From Alphaproteobacteria bacterium (lineage in GTDB: Bacteria > Pseudomonadota > Alphaproteobacteria > GCA-2731375), in NCBI GenBank assembly GCA_029937535.1, contig JAPYPT010000003.1:1-56006 (forward strand): a stretch of 56,006 nucleotides of DNA. The letters are read 5' to 3'. The position numbers and the translations under genes were made by a program. The notes under the pieces are model-generated. The model was not told where the DNA came from and ran no database searches. It was given only the letters and a program-made list of their open reading frames with translations. How positions within the stretch are numbered: the stretch's first letter is position 1; each line of letters starts with the position of its first letter. Shown piece by piece: positions 27,008 through 37,775 of the stretch.

Positions 27008-27551
27008 CGCGGATGGAGGGGAGGCGGCGCGGTCTCTTTTGCTGGTTGACGATGACAAAATCTGGCTACAGCGCCTAGCCACCGCCATGGACCGGCGCGG
27101 TTTCGATGTGACCATGGCGGCCTCCGTGCAGGAGGCCACCGAACTGGCCCGCAAGGTCGCCCCGGACTATGCCGTGATCGATTTGCGCCTGGAAGACGGC
27201 AGCGGCCTGGATGTGGTCGGCATCCTGCGCGAGGTGCGGCCGGATGGACGTATCGTCATGCTGACGGGATATGGCAACATCGCCACGGCGGTGGCGGCGG
27301 TGAAACTGGGCGCGGTGGACTATCTGTCCAAACCGGCGGATGCCGACGCGATCGAAGCCGCGCTGTTGACCAAGGAAGGTGAGGTCCCCGACCCGCCCGA
27401 GCGGCCCATGTCGGCCGACCGGGTGCGCTGGGAACACATACAACGGGTCTACGAGCTGTGCGGCCGCAATGTCTCTGAAACCGCGCGCCGCCTGAACATG
27501 CATCGGCGCACCTTACAACGCATCCTGGCCAAGCATTCCCCCCGCGAATAG
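26994..27551 (+). CDS. regA: RegA/PrrA/ActR response regulator
   Basis: Receiver domain plus the conserved tail MSADRVRWEHIQRVYELCGRNVSETARRLNMHRRTLQRILAK. Confidence 0.96.
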   Translation: MTADNADGGEAARSLLLVDDDKIWLQRLATAMDRRGFDVTMAASVQEATELARKVAPDYAVIDLRLEDGSGLDVVGILREVRPDGRIVMLTGYGNIATAVAAVKLGAVDYLSKPADADAIEAALLTKEGEVPDPPERPMSADRVRWEHIQRVYELCGRNVSETARRLNMHRRTLQRILAKHSPRE

Positions 27552-27562
27552 GACCAAACGGC

Positions 27563-29119
27563 ATGACCGAATATGCGGAGCAGCCCAGGCCCAAACGTGT
27601 TGCCTTGTGCGGCGTCATCTTGGAAAGCAATGGCTTTTCCCCCATCGCGGAGGCGGAGAATTTCCGCGAAGCGCTGTATGTCACGGGCGACGAGATGGTG
27701 GTGGAGGCGCGCAAGCCGACCTCCGTCCTGCCGCGCGAAATGGCCGCCTTTGTCCAGACCATGGACGCCACGGGGCCGTGGACGCCGGTGCCTCTGCTGC
27801 TCACGGGCTGCCCGCCATGGGGACCGGTCGAGGGCGGTTTCTTCACCGCCTGCGTGGACCGGATCGTTGCTGGTTTGCAGCAAGCCGGGGACCTGGACGG
27901 CGTCTACATTGCCAATCATGGCGCCATGGTGGCGACCGACGACGGGGACCCGGACGGCACCATGATGGCCGCAATCCGGGATACGGTGGGCGAAGACGTC
28001 GCCGTGATCGCCACCTTGGATCTGCATGCAAATATTTCTGAAATCATGGCGGCCGCCACGGATGCCATCATCGGCTACCAGACCAATCCCCATGTGGATC
28101 AGGTCCAGCGCGGCGAGGAGGCTGCGTTGTTGATGCGGCAAATGTTTGCCGGCATGCGCCCGGCCCAGGCCCTTGTCCGCCTCCCCCTGGTGCCGCCCTC
28201 CACCACGTTGCTGACGGCGGCCGGGCCCTATGGCGATTTGATCGACTATGGCCAACGGCGCGGCCGGGAGGCAGCGGGCGAGATCGTCAATGTCTCGGTC
28301 TTTGGAAATTTCGCCTTTTCGGACACGGCAAAAAACGGCCTTTCCGTGGTCGTCACCGCCCGCGAGGACCAGGACAAAGCCGACAGCCTGGCCACCGAGA
28401 TTGCCGTCCGGGCCTGGGACAACCGCGCCGCCTTTACCCGGGACCTGACATCACTTGAGGACGCCGTGGCGCTGGCCGGCGCTGTCGCCGATGATCGCAG
28501 ACGCATGCCGGTTATTCTCTCCGATGCGGGCGATAATCCCGGTGGTGGCGGCGAGGGGCGAACGACCTGGTTGCTGGCGGCCCTGGTGGCGGCACGGGCG
28601 GAAGAGGTTTATTACGGCGCCTTCTTTGACCGGGAGCTGGCCCTGGAAGCGCACGATCTGGGCGAAGGCGCTGAATTCAACGCCGTCTTCAACCGCGCCG
28701 GCGACACCGAATTCTCCAAACGCCTGGAGGCCGGGGCGGAGGTGTTGAAGCTGCACGACGGTAGCGTGGTGGGCCGTCTGGGCATTTACAAGAACCGCCA
28801 GCTCAAATTGGGCCCCTGCGCGGCGCTGCGGATTGGCGGGGCCACCGGCATCACGGTGATTATTATCAGCGCCCGTCACCAGACCGCCGATCCGGTATTT
28901 TTCGAAATGTTTGGCCTGGATATCGCCCAGGCGCGCACGGTTTGCGTTAAGTCCCGGGGCCACTTCAGGGCTGGTTTCGCGCCCTGGTTTCCGCCCGAAC
29001 AGGTCTTCGAAATCGATACCCCGGGCCTAACCTCCCCCATCCTCAGCCGCTTTAACTGGCGCAATCTGCCCCGCCCCGTCTACCCCCTGGACCGGGACAC
29101 CACCTGGACGCCGTCGTAG
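27563..29119 (+). CDS. M81-family metallopeptidase (MlrC-like)
   Basis: ESNGFSP, NHGAM, TLDLHAN, YQTNPHVD, DAGDNPGGG and VKSRGHFRAGF. Confidence 0.9.
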   Translation: MTEYAEQPRPKRVALCGVILESNGFSPIAEAENFREALYVTGDEMVVEARKPTSVLPREMAAFVQTMDATGPWTPVPLLLTGCPPWGPVEGGFFTACVDRIVAGLQQAGDLDGVYIANHGAMVATDDGDPDGTMMAAIRDTVGEDVAVIATLDLHANISEIMAAATDAIIGYQTNPHVDQVQRGEEAALLMRQMFAGMRPAQALVRLPLVPPSTTLLTAAGPYGDLIDYGQRRGREAAGEIVNVSVFGNFAFSDTAKNGLSVVVTAREDQDKADSLATEIAVRAWDNRAAFTRDLTSLEDAVALAGAVADDRRRMPVILSDAGDNPGGGGEGRTTWLLAALVAARAEEVYYGAFFDRELALEAHDLGEGAEFNAVFNRAGDTEFSKRLEAGAEVLKLHDGSVVGRLGIYKNRQLKLGPCAALRIGGATGITVIIISARHQTADPVFFEMFGLDIAQARTVCVKSRGHFRAGFAPWFPPEQVFEIDTPGLTSPILSRFNWRNLPRPVYPLDRDTTWTPS

Positions 29120-29171
29120 CCTCGTCCCCGAGCACCGAAGTGCGTGCCGGTTACTGGATTGAAGAGGCAAT

Positions 29172-30050
29172 ATGAGAGAGTTGAATTCCCATCAACGCGG
29201 ATTGTTGATGACGGCCGTTGGGGTCCTTGTCCTGACCCCCGATGCGCTGGTTGTACGCCTGGTGGAAACCGACCATTGGACATTGTTGTTCTGGCGCAGC
29301 CTGTTCGCGGCCGCCTGCCTGTTCGCGATCAACGGCCTTATTGCAAAAAAGAACCCTCTCGCGGCCATCGCCGATCTGTTCAGGAATGGTTTGTTTTGCG
29401 CCCTAATGTTTGCCGGCAGCAATGTCTGTTTTGTCATCTCCATCAAACACACGGCCGCGGCAAACACCCTTGTCATCCTGGCCGCCATGCCTTTCATGGC
29501 GGCTATTCTGACACTCATCTGGATGCGTAAAAATCTTGCGCTGCGAACATGGATAACCATCGTGGCCGCCATGGCGGGCATTGCCGTGGTGTTTTGGGGC
29601 CGCCTTGGCGACGGCAATATTTTTGGCGATGTCTTCGCGCTTTTCTGTGCGCTGTTCATGGCGGCGACGTTGGTGGCCATAAGCATCAACCCCAGGATCA
29701 ATTCCCTCGTCGCCGTCGCTGTCGGCTCCGTCCTGGCGGCCCTGTTCGCCCTGGCCATGGGCGCCGACCCCGTGGCCCCATCATCGGGCGACTTTGCGTA
29801 TCTTGCCCTCAATGGGGTGATCATCGTGCCTGTCGCCATGGGCCTTATCACCTACGGCCCGAAACTGATTTCCGCGCCGGAGGTCAGTTTGATCATGTTG
29901 CTTGAAACCGTTTTGGGGCCCTTATGGGTCTGGCTGGTGTTGAGCGAACAGCCGCCGCAACAAACCTTTATTGGCGGCACCCTCGTGGTCGCGGCCATCT
30001 TGGTCAATTCATGGTTGGGTTTTCGATCGGCGCGGCCCGGTAAGATTTAG
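29172..30050 (+). CDS. DMT/EamA-family transporter
   Basis: About 10 hydrophobic helices; ISAPEVSLIMLLETVLGPLWVWL. Confidence 0.9.
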   Translation: MRELNSHQRGLLMTAVGVLVLTPDALVVRLVETDHWTLLFWRSLFAAACLFAINGLIAKKNPLAAIADLFRNGLFCALMFAGSNVCFVISIKHTAAANTLVILAAMPFMAAILTLIWMRKNLALRTWITIVAAMAGIAVVFWGRLGDGNIFGDVFALFCALFMAATLVAISINPRINSLVAVAVGSVLAALFALAMGADPVAPSSGDFAYLALNGVIIVPVAMGLITYGPKLISAPEVSLIMLLETVLGPLWVWLVLSEQPPQQTFIGGTLVVAAILVNSWLGFRSARPGKI

Positions 30051-30051
30051 A

Positions 30052-31218
30052 TCAAACCGGTGCGAAAATCGTTTGTTTGTCCTTCACGCCCTTAAAGGCG
30101 TGGGCGCCCATGTTGCGATGGGGGGCATCGATCAGATCCGCGAATTCCGCCGACATCAGAATTTCCTCACCGAGATCCCCGCACAGCTTTTCCATGCGGC
30201 TGGCCAAGTTTACAGCAGGGCCAATCACCGTGAAATCCAGCCGTTTCTTGGCCCCAATATTGCCGTAGAGAACACCGCCCACATGGAGCGCCATGCCGCA
30301 GCGGATTTCGGGCTGGCCGGCGGCCGCGCGCTCCTTGTTGAGTTCGCCTAGACCCACCTGGGCTGCCTGGGATGCAGCTAGCGCGCGCCCGGCCGACACC
30401 TCCTCGCTGACGCCTGGATCCTGGGCGAATATGGCGAGGACGGCATCACCCATGAATTTCAGGACCTCACCTTCATGTTCCTGCACCGCCCCGGTGACGA
30501 CATCAAAATAGTCATTCAACAGCGCCAGCAAGTCATCGCTTTCTAGTCTATTGGAAATATCCGTGAAGCCGCGCAGATCGCAGAACAGGACGGCGCAGGG
30601 GATGGTCTCTCCCATACCACGCTTGACCGTTCCCTCGAGCACCCGCTGCCCCGCCTTTTCGCCAACATAGGTTTCAAGAAACGTGCGCGCCGTGCGGCGC
30701 AGGGTCTGGATCTCCAGTATCATGGCCAGCATGGGCATCAGTGAGTTCAAGAAGGCGATATTATCGTCGCTGAAGCCGTCGGCCAATTTCGTCGCGAAGG
30801 TCATGGCCTTGGTCGTACCATCGGAAAACGGCGCCGCGAGCGCAAGATAGTCGCGCATGCCCGCGGCCCGCAGATCGGGCAAAATAGTGAATTCGCCGTC
30901 CTCCGGCTCCAGGCTGATTAGGTGGCGGATCGGGCCGCCACCGTCGTAGATGACTTTCAACGGACTATTTGCCAGCATTTGGTAATTTTCCGGCTGCATC
31001 TGCCAAAGTCGTTCCATTGGTTCCATGCCGGGCTCCCACAAAACGCTGGAAGTATCCAGGATGGGGTGGAGCAATGGCACGGCCGTGGTGATACGCGCGA
31101 TCGGTACGCCGGCGGCGATCAAGCGCCGGCCCAATTCGGCAACCAACGCCGCACGATCACCGGTCAAACGGGCGTCACCGGCCAGCCAGTCCCGTATGGT
31201 GGATGGGGTTTCGGTCAT
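30052..31218 (-). CDS. Class III adenylate/guanylate cyclase
   Basis: FCDLRGFT, LKFMGDAVLA (Lys, adenylyl-type) and RLDFTVIGPAVNLASR. Confidence 0.92.
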   Translation of the reverse strand: MTETPSTIRDWLAGDARLTGDRAALVAELGRRLIAAGVPIARITTAVPLLHPILDTSSVLWEPGMEPMERLWQMQPENYQMLANSPLKVIYDGGGPIRHLISLEPEDGEFTILPDLRAAGMRDYLALAAPFSDGTTKAMTFATKLADGFSDDNIAFLNSLMPMLAMILEIQTLRRTARTFLETYVGEKAGQRVLEGTVKRGMGETIPCAVLFCDLRGFTDISNRLESDDLLALLNDYFDVVTGAVQEHEGEVLKFMGDAVLAIFAQDPGVSEEVSAGRALAASQAAQVGLGELNKERAAAGQPEIRCGMALHVGGVLYGNIGAKKRLDFTVIGPAVNLASRMEKLCGDLGEEILMSAEFADLIDAPHRNMGAHAFKGVKDKQTIFAPV

Positions 31219-31366
31219 TTTTACCTCTTCATCCGGCCCCGGCGTCAGACAGGCCGGCCATAATCAATTCCTCTGCTTACGGCGCCATGTTAACCTGAGT
31301 TTACCCGTGTAAAGTTGATAGTTGGGCGTTTTTCGGCATGCCCATGAACTGAAAGTAAGGGTCGGA

Positions 31367-32917
31367 TTGGCGACGGAAAGCATCGAGGCGCTGCGCGCGC
31401 GCTATGGTCCCATGTATCGATGGATCGTCGCCCTGACGGGGATGACCGCCGCCATGACGATGATCTTGTCATCGACCATGGTGAACGTGGCCGTGCCGAC
31501 CATCATGGGAACCTTCGGCGTTGGGCAAAGCGAAGCGCAATGGATGTCGACGGCCTTCCTTGCGGCGATGACGGCCAGCCAACTGCTGGGCGCCTGGGTC
31601 ACCTCGATACTTGGTCCGCGCGGCGGGTATCTCGCCGCGGTGGCGCTGTTTATCGTCGGCTCCCTGGTCGGCGCCTGGGCCCCGAATATCGATATCCTGA
31701 TTTTCTCGCGGGTCCTGCAGGGCCTGGCCGCCGGTGTCGTGCAGCCGATCGCGATGGTAACCATATTCCGTGTTTTCCCAGCCCGGCAACGTGGCCTGGC
31801 GCTGGCGATCTATGGCATGGGCATCATGTTGGCGCCGATCATGGGACCGGTGGTCGGCGGCATCACGATCGATGCTACCTCGTGGCGGTTTTTGTTTTTT
31901 ATTCCCCTGCCCATCGCCGGTCTCGCGATCCTGCTGGGTACCCTGTTCATGCCGGAACGCGAAGAGGGTGACGTCCGCCTGCCGTTTGACTGGATTGGAT
32001 ACGCCCTGGTCGCCAGTGCCATCGTCTGCTCAATGACGGCCATCGCCAACGGCCAGCGCGACGGCTGGGCGTCGGACAAAATCGTCTTTTTGGGTTTGGC
32101 CGGTATGGGCCTTTCCGCCGCCTTTGTTATTTCCCAGCTGCGCTCGACGGCGCCAATCCTCGATTTCTCGGTCTTCCGCCATCGACAATTCGCCGCCGCC
32201 GCGGCGCTTGGTTTTGTCTTTGGCGCCGGTAATTTCGCCTCCACCTACATCATCCCCGTCTTCGTCCAGACCGTGCAGAACTTCACCCCAACGGATTCGG
32301 GCATGGTGACGGCGCCGGCGGGATTTGTCGTGATGCTGTTCTTTCCCATCGCCGGGCGCATGGTGGATGCCTTTCCCGCCCATTATCTGGCCATGGTGGG
32401 CCTGCTGCTGTTTGCGCTGGGCGCGATGCTGTTGCATCTGACCGACGTCAACACGGCGTTTAACACCTTGGCGTTCTATGTGATCATCGGGCGCATCGGC
32501 CAAAGCATCATGTTGCCGGCCATCAATGTCTCCGCCCTGGGCGCCCTGCCGCCCGACAAGCTTAACAACGGGTCGGGCACGATCAATTTTATCCGTCTGA
32601 TGGGCGGGGCCTTCGGCGTGAACCTGCTAGTCGTCTTCATGGAGCAGCGAACGGAGTTTCATGCCGCCGCCTTGACCGCGACGCAGTCCCCCGACAACGA
32701 CGCCAGCCGTGAATTGCTGGGCCGGATCGCCGATCTCCTCTCCCAGGGGGGCGCCTCGGAAGCGCTACTGCAACCGGGTTCGCTGTATTTCCTGAGTCAA
32801 GTGATCCAGGCCCAGGCCAATACACTGGGTTTCAAGGACGGGTTTTTGATTATTGCCGTGGTCTTCGTCTGCGCCTTGGTGCCGGCGCTATTGCTCGGCG
32901 AAGCAAAAAAGAAATAG
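31367..32917 (+). CDS. DHA2 (EmrB/QacA) MFS efflux transporter
   Basis: STMVNVAVP, SRVLQG, APIMGPVVGG and about 14 hydrophobic segments; start uncertain (TTG 31322 or 31367). Confidence 0.9.
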   Translation: MATESIEALRARYGPMYRWIVALTGMTAAMTMILSSTMVNVAVPTIMGTFGVGQSEAQWMSTAFLAAMTASQLLGAWVTSILGPRGGYLAAVALFIVGSLVGAWAPNIDILIFSRVLQGLAAGVVQPIAMVTIFRVFPARQRGLALAIYGMGIMLAPIMGPVVGGITIDATSWRFLFFIPLPIAGLAILLGTLFMPEREEGDVRLPFDWIGYALVASAIVCSMTAIANGQRDGWASDKIVFLGLAGMGLSAAFVISQLRSTAPILDFSVFRHRQFAAAAALGFVFGAGNFASTYIIPVFVQTVQNFTPTDSGMVTAPAGFVVMLFFPIAGRMVDAFPAHYLAMVGLLLFALGAMLLHLTDVNTAFNTLAFYVIIGRIGQSIMLPAINVSALGALPPDKLNNGSGTINFIRLMGGAFGVNLLVVFMEQRTEFHAAALTATQSPDNDASRELLGRIADLLSQGGASEALLQPGSLYFLSQVIQAQANTLGFKDGFLIIAVVFVCALVPALLLGEAKKK

Positions 32918-32926
32918 CGGCCCCCG

Positions 32927-33043
32927 CCAGAGCATGTTCATTTAAAACATGCTCGGACTCTTAAAAAAAGAGCAATTGAACCAATCACTTGGGTCGCGCC
33001 AAATACGTCTTGGGCTCACCCAATTAATTGAAAATTGCTCTAT
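32927..33043 (+). mobile_element. MITE/RIME-like double-hairpin element, subtype 1 (copy D), between convergent MFS and leuB
   Basis: CAGAGCATGTT...AACATGCTCGGACTCTTAAAAAAAGAGCAATTGAACCAATCACTTGGGTCGCGCCAAATACGTCTTGGG...AAAATTGCTCTA. Confidence 0.88.
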
Positions 33044-33055
33044 AAGTACATGAAA

Positions 33056-34168
33056 TCAGGCCGCCAACTTATCCAATTCACGCTGCAGGCTTTCGCCCAT
33101 AACGGTGGTGGATACCTTGGCCTTGCCCGGCTGCATGATATCGGCCGTACGTAGGCCGCCGGCCAACACGTTTTCCACCGCCTGTTCGATCAGATCGGCG
33201 TCCTCGCTCAGATCGAAGGAATAACGCAGGCTCATGGCGAAACTCAGCAGTGTGGCGATGGGATTGGCCAATGATTGTCCGGCGATGTCCGGCGCGGTGC
33301 CGTGTACCGGCTCGTACAGCGCCTTGCGCGCGCCCGTGGCGTCCACGGCGCCCAATGAAGCCGACGGCAGCATGCCAAGAGAGCCGGTCAACATGGCGGC
33401 GGTGTCCGACAGCATATCGCCGAACAGGTTATCGGTGACGATGACATCGAATTGTTTCGGATCGCGCACCAATTGCATGGAGCAATTGTCCGCGTACATG
33501 TGGCTTAATTCCACATCCGAAAAGGATTCCGCATGCAGCTTGGTAACCTCGTCCCGCCATAGCACGCCGGATTCCATGACATTGGCCTTTTCCACCGAGC
33601 AGACCTTGTTGCCGCGCTTGCGCGCCAGCTCGAACGCCAGCACGGCGACCCGGCGGATTTCCGAGGTGGTGTAGGTTTGGGTGTTGAAGCCCCGGCGCTG
33701 GCCGTCGGGCAGGGTTTCGATACCGCGCGGCTCGCCAAAATAGACCCCGCCGGTCAATTCCCGAATGATCAGGATATCCAGACCCGAGATGATTTCCGGC
33801 TTCAGTGTAGAGGCATCGACCAGGGCATCGAAGCATATGGCCGGGCGCAGATTGGCGAACAGATCCATTTCCTTGCGCAGCCGCAGTAAACCGCGTTCGG
33901 GCTTCTGCTCGAACGGCAGATCGTCCCACTTGGGCCCGCCCACGGCGCCCAGGAGCACGGCATCCGCAGACATGGCGTCGGCCATGGTTTCGTCCGTCAG
34001 CGGCGTGCCGTCGGCATCGATGGCGGCGCCCCCGACCTTACCTTCGGAAATATCGAAACTGACGGCGCGGCGGCGATCCATCCAATCGATTATCCCGCGC
34101 ACTTCACGCATTACTTCCGGTCCGATGCCGTCGCCCGGCAGGATCAACAAACTTTTGTTGGAGGCCAT
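33056..34168 (-). CDS. leuB: 3-isopropylmalate dehydrogenase
   Basis: [25 protein letters not shown] and [14 protein letters not shown]. Confidence 0.97.
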   Translation of the reverse strand: MASNKSLLILPGDGIGPEVMREVRGIIDWMDRRRAVSFDISEGKVGGAAIDADGTPLTDETMADAMSADAVLLGAVGGPKWDDLPFEQKPERGLLRLRKEMDLFANLRPAICFDALVDASTLKPEIISGLDILIIRELTGGVYFGEPRGIETLPDGQRRGFNTQTYTTSEIRRVAVLAFELARKRGNKVCSVEKANVMESGVLWRDEVTKLHAESFSDVELSHMYADNCSMQLVRDPKQFDVIVTDNLFGDMLSDTAAMLTGSLGMLPSASLGAVDATGARKALYEPVHGTAPDIAGQSLANPIATLLSFAMSLRYSFDLSEDADLIEQAVENVLAGGLRTADIMQPGKAKVSTTVMGESLQRELDKLAA

Positions 34169-34218
34169 ATTTAGTTTACTCACTCTGCTTGAAGGGGTTC
34201 GGAAAAAATTCGAGGTTC

Positions 34219-34842
34219 TTATTCCGCGGCATTGCCGTAAAGCCAGGGTTGCCCGGCTTTTTGCCCTGCCTCGAAGCTGTCGATGCGGTCCTTGCGCTGT
34301 ATGGTCTGGCCAATATCATCCAGACCTTCCAGCAGGCATTGCTTGCGGAATGGATCCATTTCAAAATTTACAACGCCGCCGTCGGGGCCGGTGATTTCCT
34401 GACTTTCGAGATTCACGGTCAGGGTGGCGTTGGCGCCGCGGTCCGCGTCATCGAACAGCAATTCCAACTGCTCCGGCGTCACCTTGATGGGCAGAATGCC
34501 GTTCTTGAAGCAATTGTTGTAAAAAATATCGGCGAAGGATGTTGAGATCACGCATTTGATGCCAAAATCCAAAATCGCCCAGGGCGCATGTTCGCGGGAG
34601 GAGCCGCAGCCGAAATTATCCCCGGCCACCAATATCTGAGCTTCGCGGTAGGCCGGCTTGTTCAGCACGAAATCTTCTTTTTCGCTGCCGTCCTCGTTGT
34701 AGCGCATCTCGGCGAACAGGTTCTTGCCCAGACCGGCCCGTTGGATGGTCTTTAGATACTGCTTGGGAATAATCTTGTCGGTATCGATGTTGATACCGCG
34801 CATGGGAGCGGCCACACCGCTGACGGTTTTAAACTTTTCCAT
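34219..34842 (-). CDS. leuD: 3-isopropylmalate dehydratase small subunit
   Basis: [23 protein letters not shown] and [13 protein letters not shown]. Confidence 0.97.
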   Translation of the reverse strand: MEKFKTVSGVAAPMRGINIDTDKIIPKQYLKTIQRAGLGKNLFAEMRYNEDGSEKEDFVLNKPAYREAQILVAGDNFGCGSSREHAPWAILDFGIKCVISTSFADIFYNNCFKNGILPIKVTPEQLELLFDDADRGANATLTVNLESQEITGPDGGVVNFEMDPFRKQCLLEGLDDIGQTIQRKDRIDSFEAGQKAGQPWLYGNAAE

Positions 34843-34856
34843 TTGCCAATCCTCCT

Positions 34857-34973
34857 CTAGAGCATGTTCTTATTAAACATGCTCGGACTCTTATGAAAAG
34901 AGCAATTGAACCAATTACTTGGGTCGCGGCAAATACGTCTTGGGCGACACCGGTTAATTGAAAATTGCTCTAA
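34857..34973 (+). mobile_element. MITE/RIME-like double-hairpin element, subtype 1 (copy E), between leuC and leuD
   Basis: CTAGAGCATGTT...AACATGCTCGGACTCTTATGAAAAGAGCAATT...GGTCGCGGCAAATACGTCTTGGGCGAC...AATTGCTCTA; TA on both flanks; abuts the leuD RBS. Confidence 0.9.
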
Positions 34974-34980
34974 ACCAACT

Positions 34981-36384
34981 CTATGCCATTTCGCGCACGT
35001 CGGTCAGATGACCGGCGATGGCGGCGGCGGCGGCCATGGCGGGGCTGACCAGATGGGTGCGCCCGCCGAAGCCCTGACGGCTCTCGAAATTCCGGTTCGA
35101 GGTCGAGGCACAGCGTTCACCCGGCTCCAACCGGTCGGCATTCATCGCCAGGCACATGGAACAGCCCGCATCGCGCCATTCGAAACCGGCCTCGATCAGG
35201 ATCTTGTCCAGGCCCTCTTCCTCGGCCTGATGCTTGACCAGGCCCGAGCCCGGGACCACCATCGCCAGCACGCCATCGGCGACCTTGCGCCCCTTGGCGA
35301 CGGCGGCGGCGGCGCGGATATCCTCGATCCGGCCATTGGTGCAGGAGCCGATGAAGGCCTTGTCGATGGTGACATCCCGCATGGCCATGCCCGGCTCCAG
35401 CCCCATGTATTCGAGCGAGCGTTCCCAGGCGGCGCGTTGATCGTCGTCGCGGGCCTGATCCAGGGTTGGTACGTTGCCGGTAATATCGGCGACGTTCTCC
35501 GGGCTGGTGCCCCAGGTAACCTGCGGGATCAGCTCCGAGACATCCAACGAGACATCGATGTCAAAGACCGCATCGGCGTCGGTGTGGAAGGTTTTCCAAT
35601 AATTCACCGCCGCCTCGTACTGGCCTGTCTTGGGGCCCATGGCACGGCCCTTCATATATTCAAAGGTGGTCTCGTCGGCCGCGATCAGGCCGCCCCGGGC
35701 GCCGCCCTCGATGGACATGTTGCAGACCGTCATGCGTCCTTCCATGGACAGGGCGCGGATCGCATCGCCGGTGTACTCCACGACGCAGCCGGTGCCGCCC
35801 GCGGTGCCGATCTTGCGGATGATGGCCAGGATCAGGTCCTTGGCGGTGCAGCCCACGGGCAGCGCGCCGGTGACATTGATCCGCATATTCTTGGAACGCT
35901 GCTGGATCAGGGTCTGGGTGGCCAGGACGTGCTCGACTTCGGATGTGCCGATACCAAAAGCCAGGGCGCCAAAGGCGCCATGGGTCGCGGTGTGGCTGTC
36001 GCCGCAGACGATGACCATACCCGGCTGGGTGAAGCCTTGTTCCGGGCCGATGATATGGACGATGCCTTGGCGGGGATCATCGACGGCAAAATACGGCACA
36101 TCGAATTCGGCGATATTGCGCTCCAGGGTCTCGACCTGCAGCTTGCTCTCCGGCTCCTGGATGCCCTGATCCCGGTTGATGGTGGGAATGTTGTGGTCGG
36201 CCACGGCCAGGGTGGCATCCAGGCGGCGCACCTTGCGGCCGGCGGCGCGCAAGCCCTCGAAAGCTTGCGGCGAGGTCACCTCATGCACCAGATGACGATC
36301 CACATAAATTATGCAGGCGCCGTCGTCCTGTTGATCGACCAGATGTGCGTCCCAGATCTTATCGTAAAGCGTTTTACCGGCCAT
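34981..36384 (-). CDS. leuC: 3-isopropylmalate dehydratase large subunit
   Basis: [22 protein letters not shown] and Fe-S cysteines in [10 protein letters not shown] and GCSMCLAMN. Confidence 0.97.
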   Translation of the reverse strand: MAGKTLYDKIWDAHLVDQQDDGACIIYVDRHLVHEVTSPQAFEGLRAAGRKVRRLDATLAVADHNIPTINRDQGIQEPESKLQVETLERNIAEFDVPYFAVDDPRQGIVHIIGPEQGFTQPGMVIVCGDSHTATHGAFGALAFGIGTSEVEHVLATQTLIQQRSKNMRINVTGALPVGCTAKDLILAIIRKIGTAGGTGCVVEYTGDAIRALSMEGRMTVCNMSIEGGARGGLIAADETTFEYMKGRAMGPKTGQYEAAVNYWKTFHTDADAVFDIDVSLDVSELIPQVTWGTSPENVADITGNVPTLDQARDDDQRAAWERSLEYMGLEPGMAMRDVTIDKAFIGSCTNGRIEDIRAAAAVAKGRKVADGVLAMVVPGSGLVKHQAEEEGLDKILIEAGFEWRDAGCSMCLAMNADRLEPGERCASTSNRNFESRQGFGGRTHLVSPAMAAAAAIAGHLTDVREMA

Positions 36385-36515
36385 AACTCAGCGGCTCCCC
36401 CAATCCAATCCGACCAAACCGTCCGGATTTGTTCAGATGTGGGCTCCGCCAAAATGCGATGGGCCCAGCAAACCTCATAAAGAACAGGCGCGAGTGGCCT
36501 CGCCAATCCGCCTTG

Positions 36516-36620
36516 CTAGAGCATTTCCGAGTAGGAAATGCTCCGATTCTTAAGATTAGAGCAATTTTTCCAATCACTTTGAATCGCTTCGCGATTCACA
36601 TCAGATCGGAATTGCTCTAG
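36516..36620 (+). mobile_element. MITE/RIME-like double-hairpin element, subtype 2 (copy F), between rplS and leuC
   Basis: CTAGAGCATTTCC-gagta-GGAAATGCTC...TAGAGCAATT...GAATCGCTTCGCGATTC...AATTGCTCTAG. Confidence 0.88.
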
Positions 36621-36625
36621 AAAAT

Positions 36626-37015
36626 CTACGCGCCCTTGGTCTTGACGACGCGGCGATGGTCCTGTTTTTCGGCGATACGGGCCCGTTTGCCCCTGAGGCC
36701 GCGCAGGTAATACAGCTTGGCCCGGCGGACCCGGCCTCGGCGGATTACCTCGATGCTATCGATGCGTGGCGAATGCATGGGAAAAACCCGCTCCACCCCT
36801 TCGCCGTAGGAGATCTTCCGTACCGTGAAGGAGGAGTTGATCCCGGACCGCTTGATCGCGATGCAGACCCCTTCAAAGGCCTGTACCCGCTCCCGCGTGC
36901 CCTCGATCACCTTGACATTGACGCGCAAGCTGTCGCCAGGGGCGAATGCGGGCACTTCATATTCGGCCTTACGGGCCTGCAGTTGGCCCATTTCGAACTT
37001 CTGTAACAAATTCAT
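36626..37015 (-). CDS. rplS: 50S ribosomal protein L19
   Basis: [26 protein letters not shown] and [12 protein letters not shown]. Confidence 0.97.
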   Translation of the reverse strand: MNLLQKFEMGQLQARKAEYEVPAFAPGDSLRVNVKVIEGTRERVQAFEGVCIAIKRSGINSSFTVRKISYGEGVERVFPMHSPRIDSIEVIRRGRVRRAKLYYLRGLRGKRARIAEKQDHRRVVKTKGA

Positions 37016-37019
37016 CGCT

Positions 37020-37775
37020 CTAACCCCGCGATTTAGCGGCGCGGAGGTACCGGTCCCAAAGGTCCGGCCGCCGCGCCTTGGTCAATTCCTCGGCCCGCGC
37101 CAAGCGCCAGGCCCTGATCTTCTCGTGGTGACCAGAGGTTAAAACCTCCGGCACCTCCCGCCCTTCCCAAACCTGGGGCCGGGTGTATTGGGGATATTCC
37201 AATAACCCTTGGGCAAAACTTTCTTCCTCCAGCGCCGCTGCGTCGCCGATGACACCGGGCAATAACCGCACCACCGCATCCAACAACACCAGCGCCGCCG
37301 TCTCGCCGCCCGACAAGACATAATCGCCGACGCTGACTTCCTCTATACCGCGCCCCTCCAAGGCCCTTTGATCGACCCCTTCAAAGCGCCCGCAAATCAG
37401 CACCAGGCCGTCCCGGTCCGCCAATTCCCGCGCCAGCGCCTGATCCAACCGCCGCCCCCGTGGGCTTAGGTATATGACCGGGCCGGCATTTTCACCCGTC
37501 CCATTCTCAGCCGTCTCCGTCCGCACATGATCGACCGCCGCGGCCAAAATGTCGGGCCGCATGACCATGCCGGGACCGCCGCCGAATGGGGCATCGTCCA
37601 CGGAGCGGTGTTTATCGCGCGCAAAGTCGCGAATGTCTACCGTTTCCAGTCGCCAAATGCCGCTTTTTAAGGCTTTTCCCGCCAAACTTTGACCCAATGG
37701 GCCAGGAAACATCTCCGGGAACAAGGTCAGGACCGTCGCGGCCCAGGAATTCGCCTTATTTTTCTCCGCTGTCAT
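37020..37775 (-). CDS. trmD: tRNA (guanine37-N1)-methyltransferase
   Basis: [39 protein letters not shown] and LEYPQYTRP; several in-frame ATGs between 37775 and 37832. Confidence 0.96.
   Translation of the reverse strand: MTAEKNKANSWAATVLTLFPEMFPGPLGQSLAGKALKSGIWRLETVDIRDFARDKHRSVDDAPFGGGPGMVMRPDILAAAVDHVRTETAENGTGENAGPVIYLSPRGRRLDQALARELADRDGLVLICGRFEGVDQRALEGRGIEEVSVGDYVLSGGETAALVLLDAVVRLLPGVIGDAAALEEESFAQGLLEYPQYTRPQVWEGREVPEVLTSGHHEKIRAWRLARAEELTKARRPDLWDRYLRAAKSRG

Noticed and set aside
34906-36480. 524-aa + strand ORF
   Set aside because: Antisense shadow of leuC typical of high-GC DNA; its start lies in a repeat element; no recognisable motifs
36385-36515. Leucine attenuator upstream of leuC
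   Set aside because: No Leu-rich leader peptide was found; only a weak GCGAG/CTCGC hairpin that could be an rplS terminator
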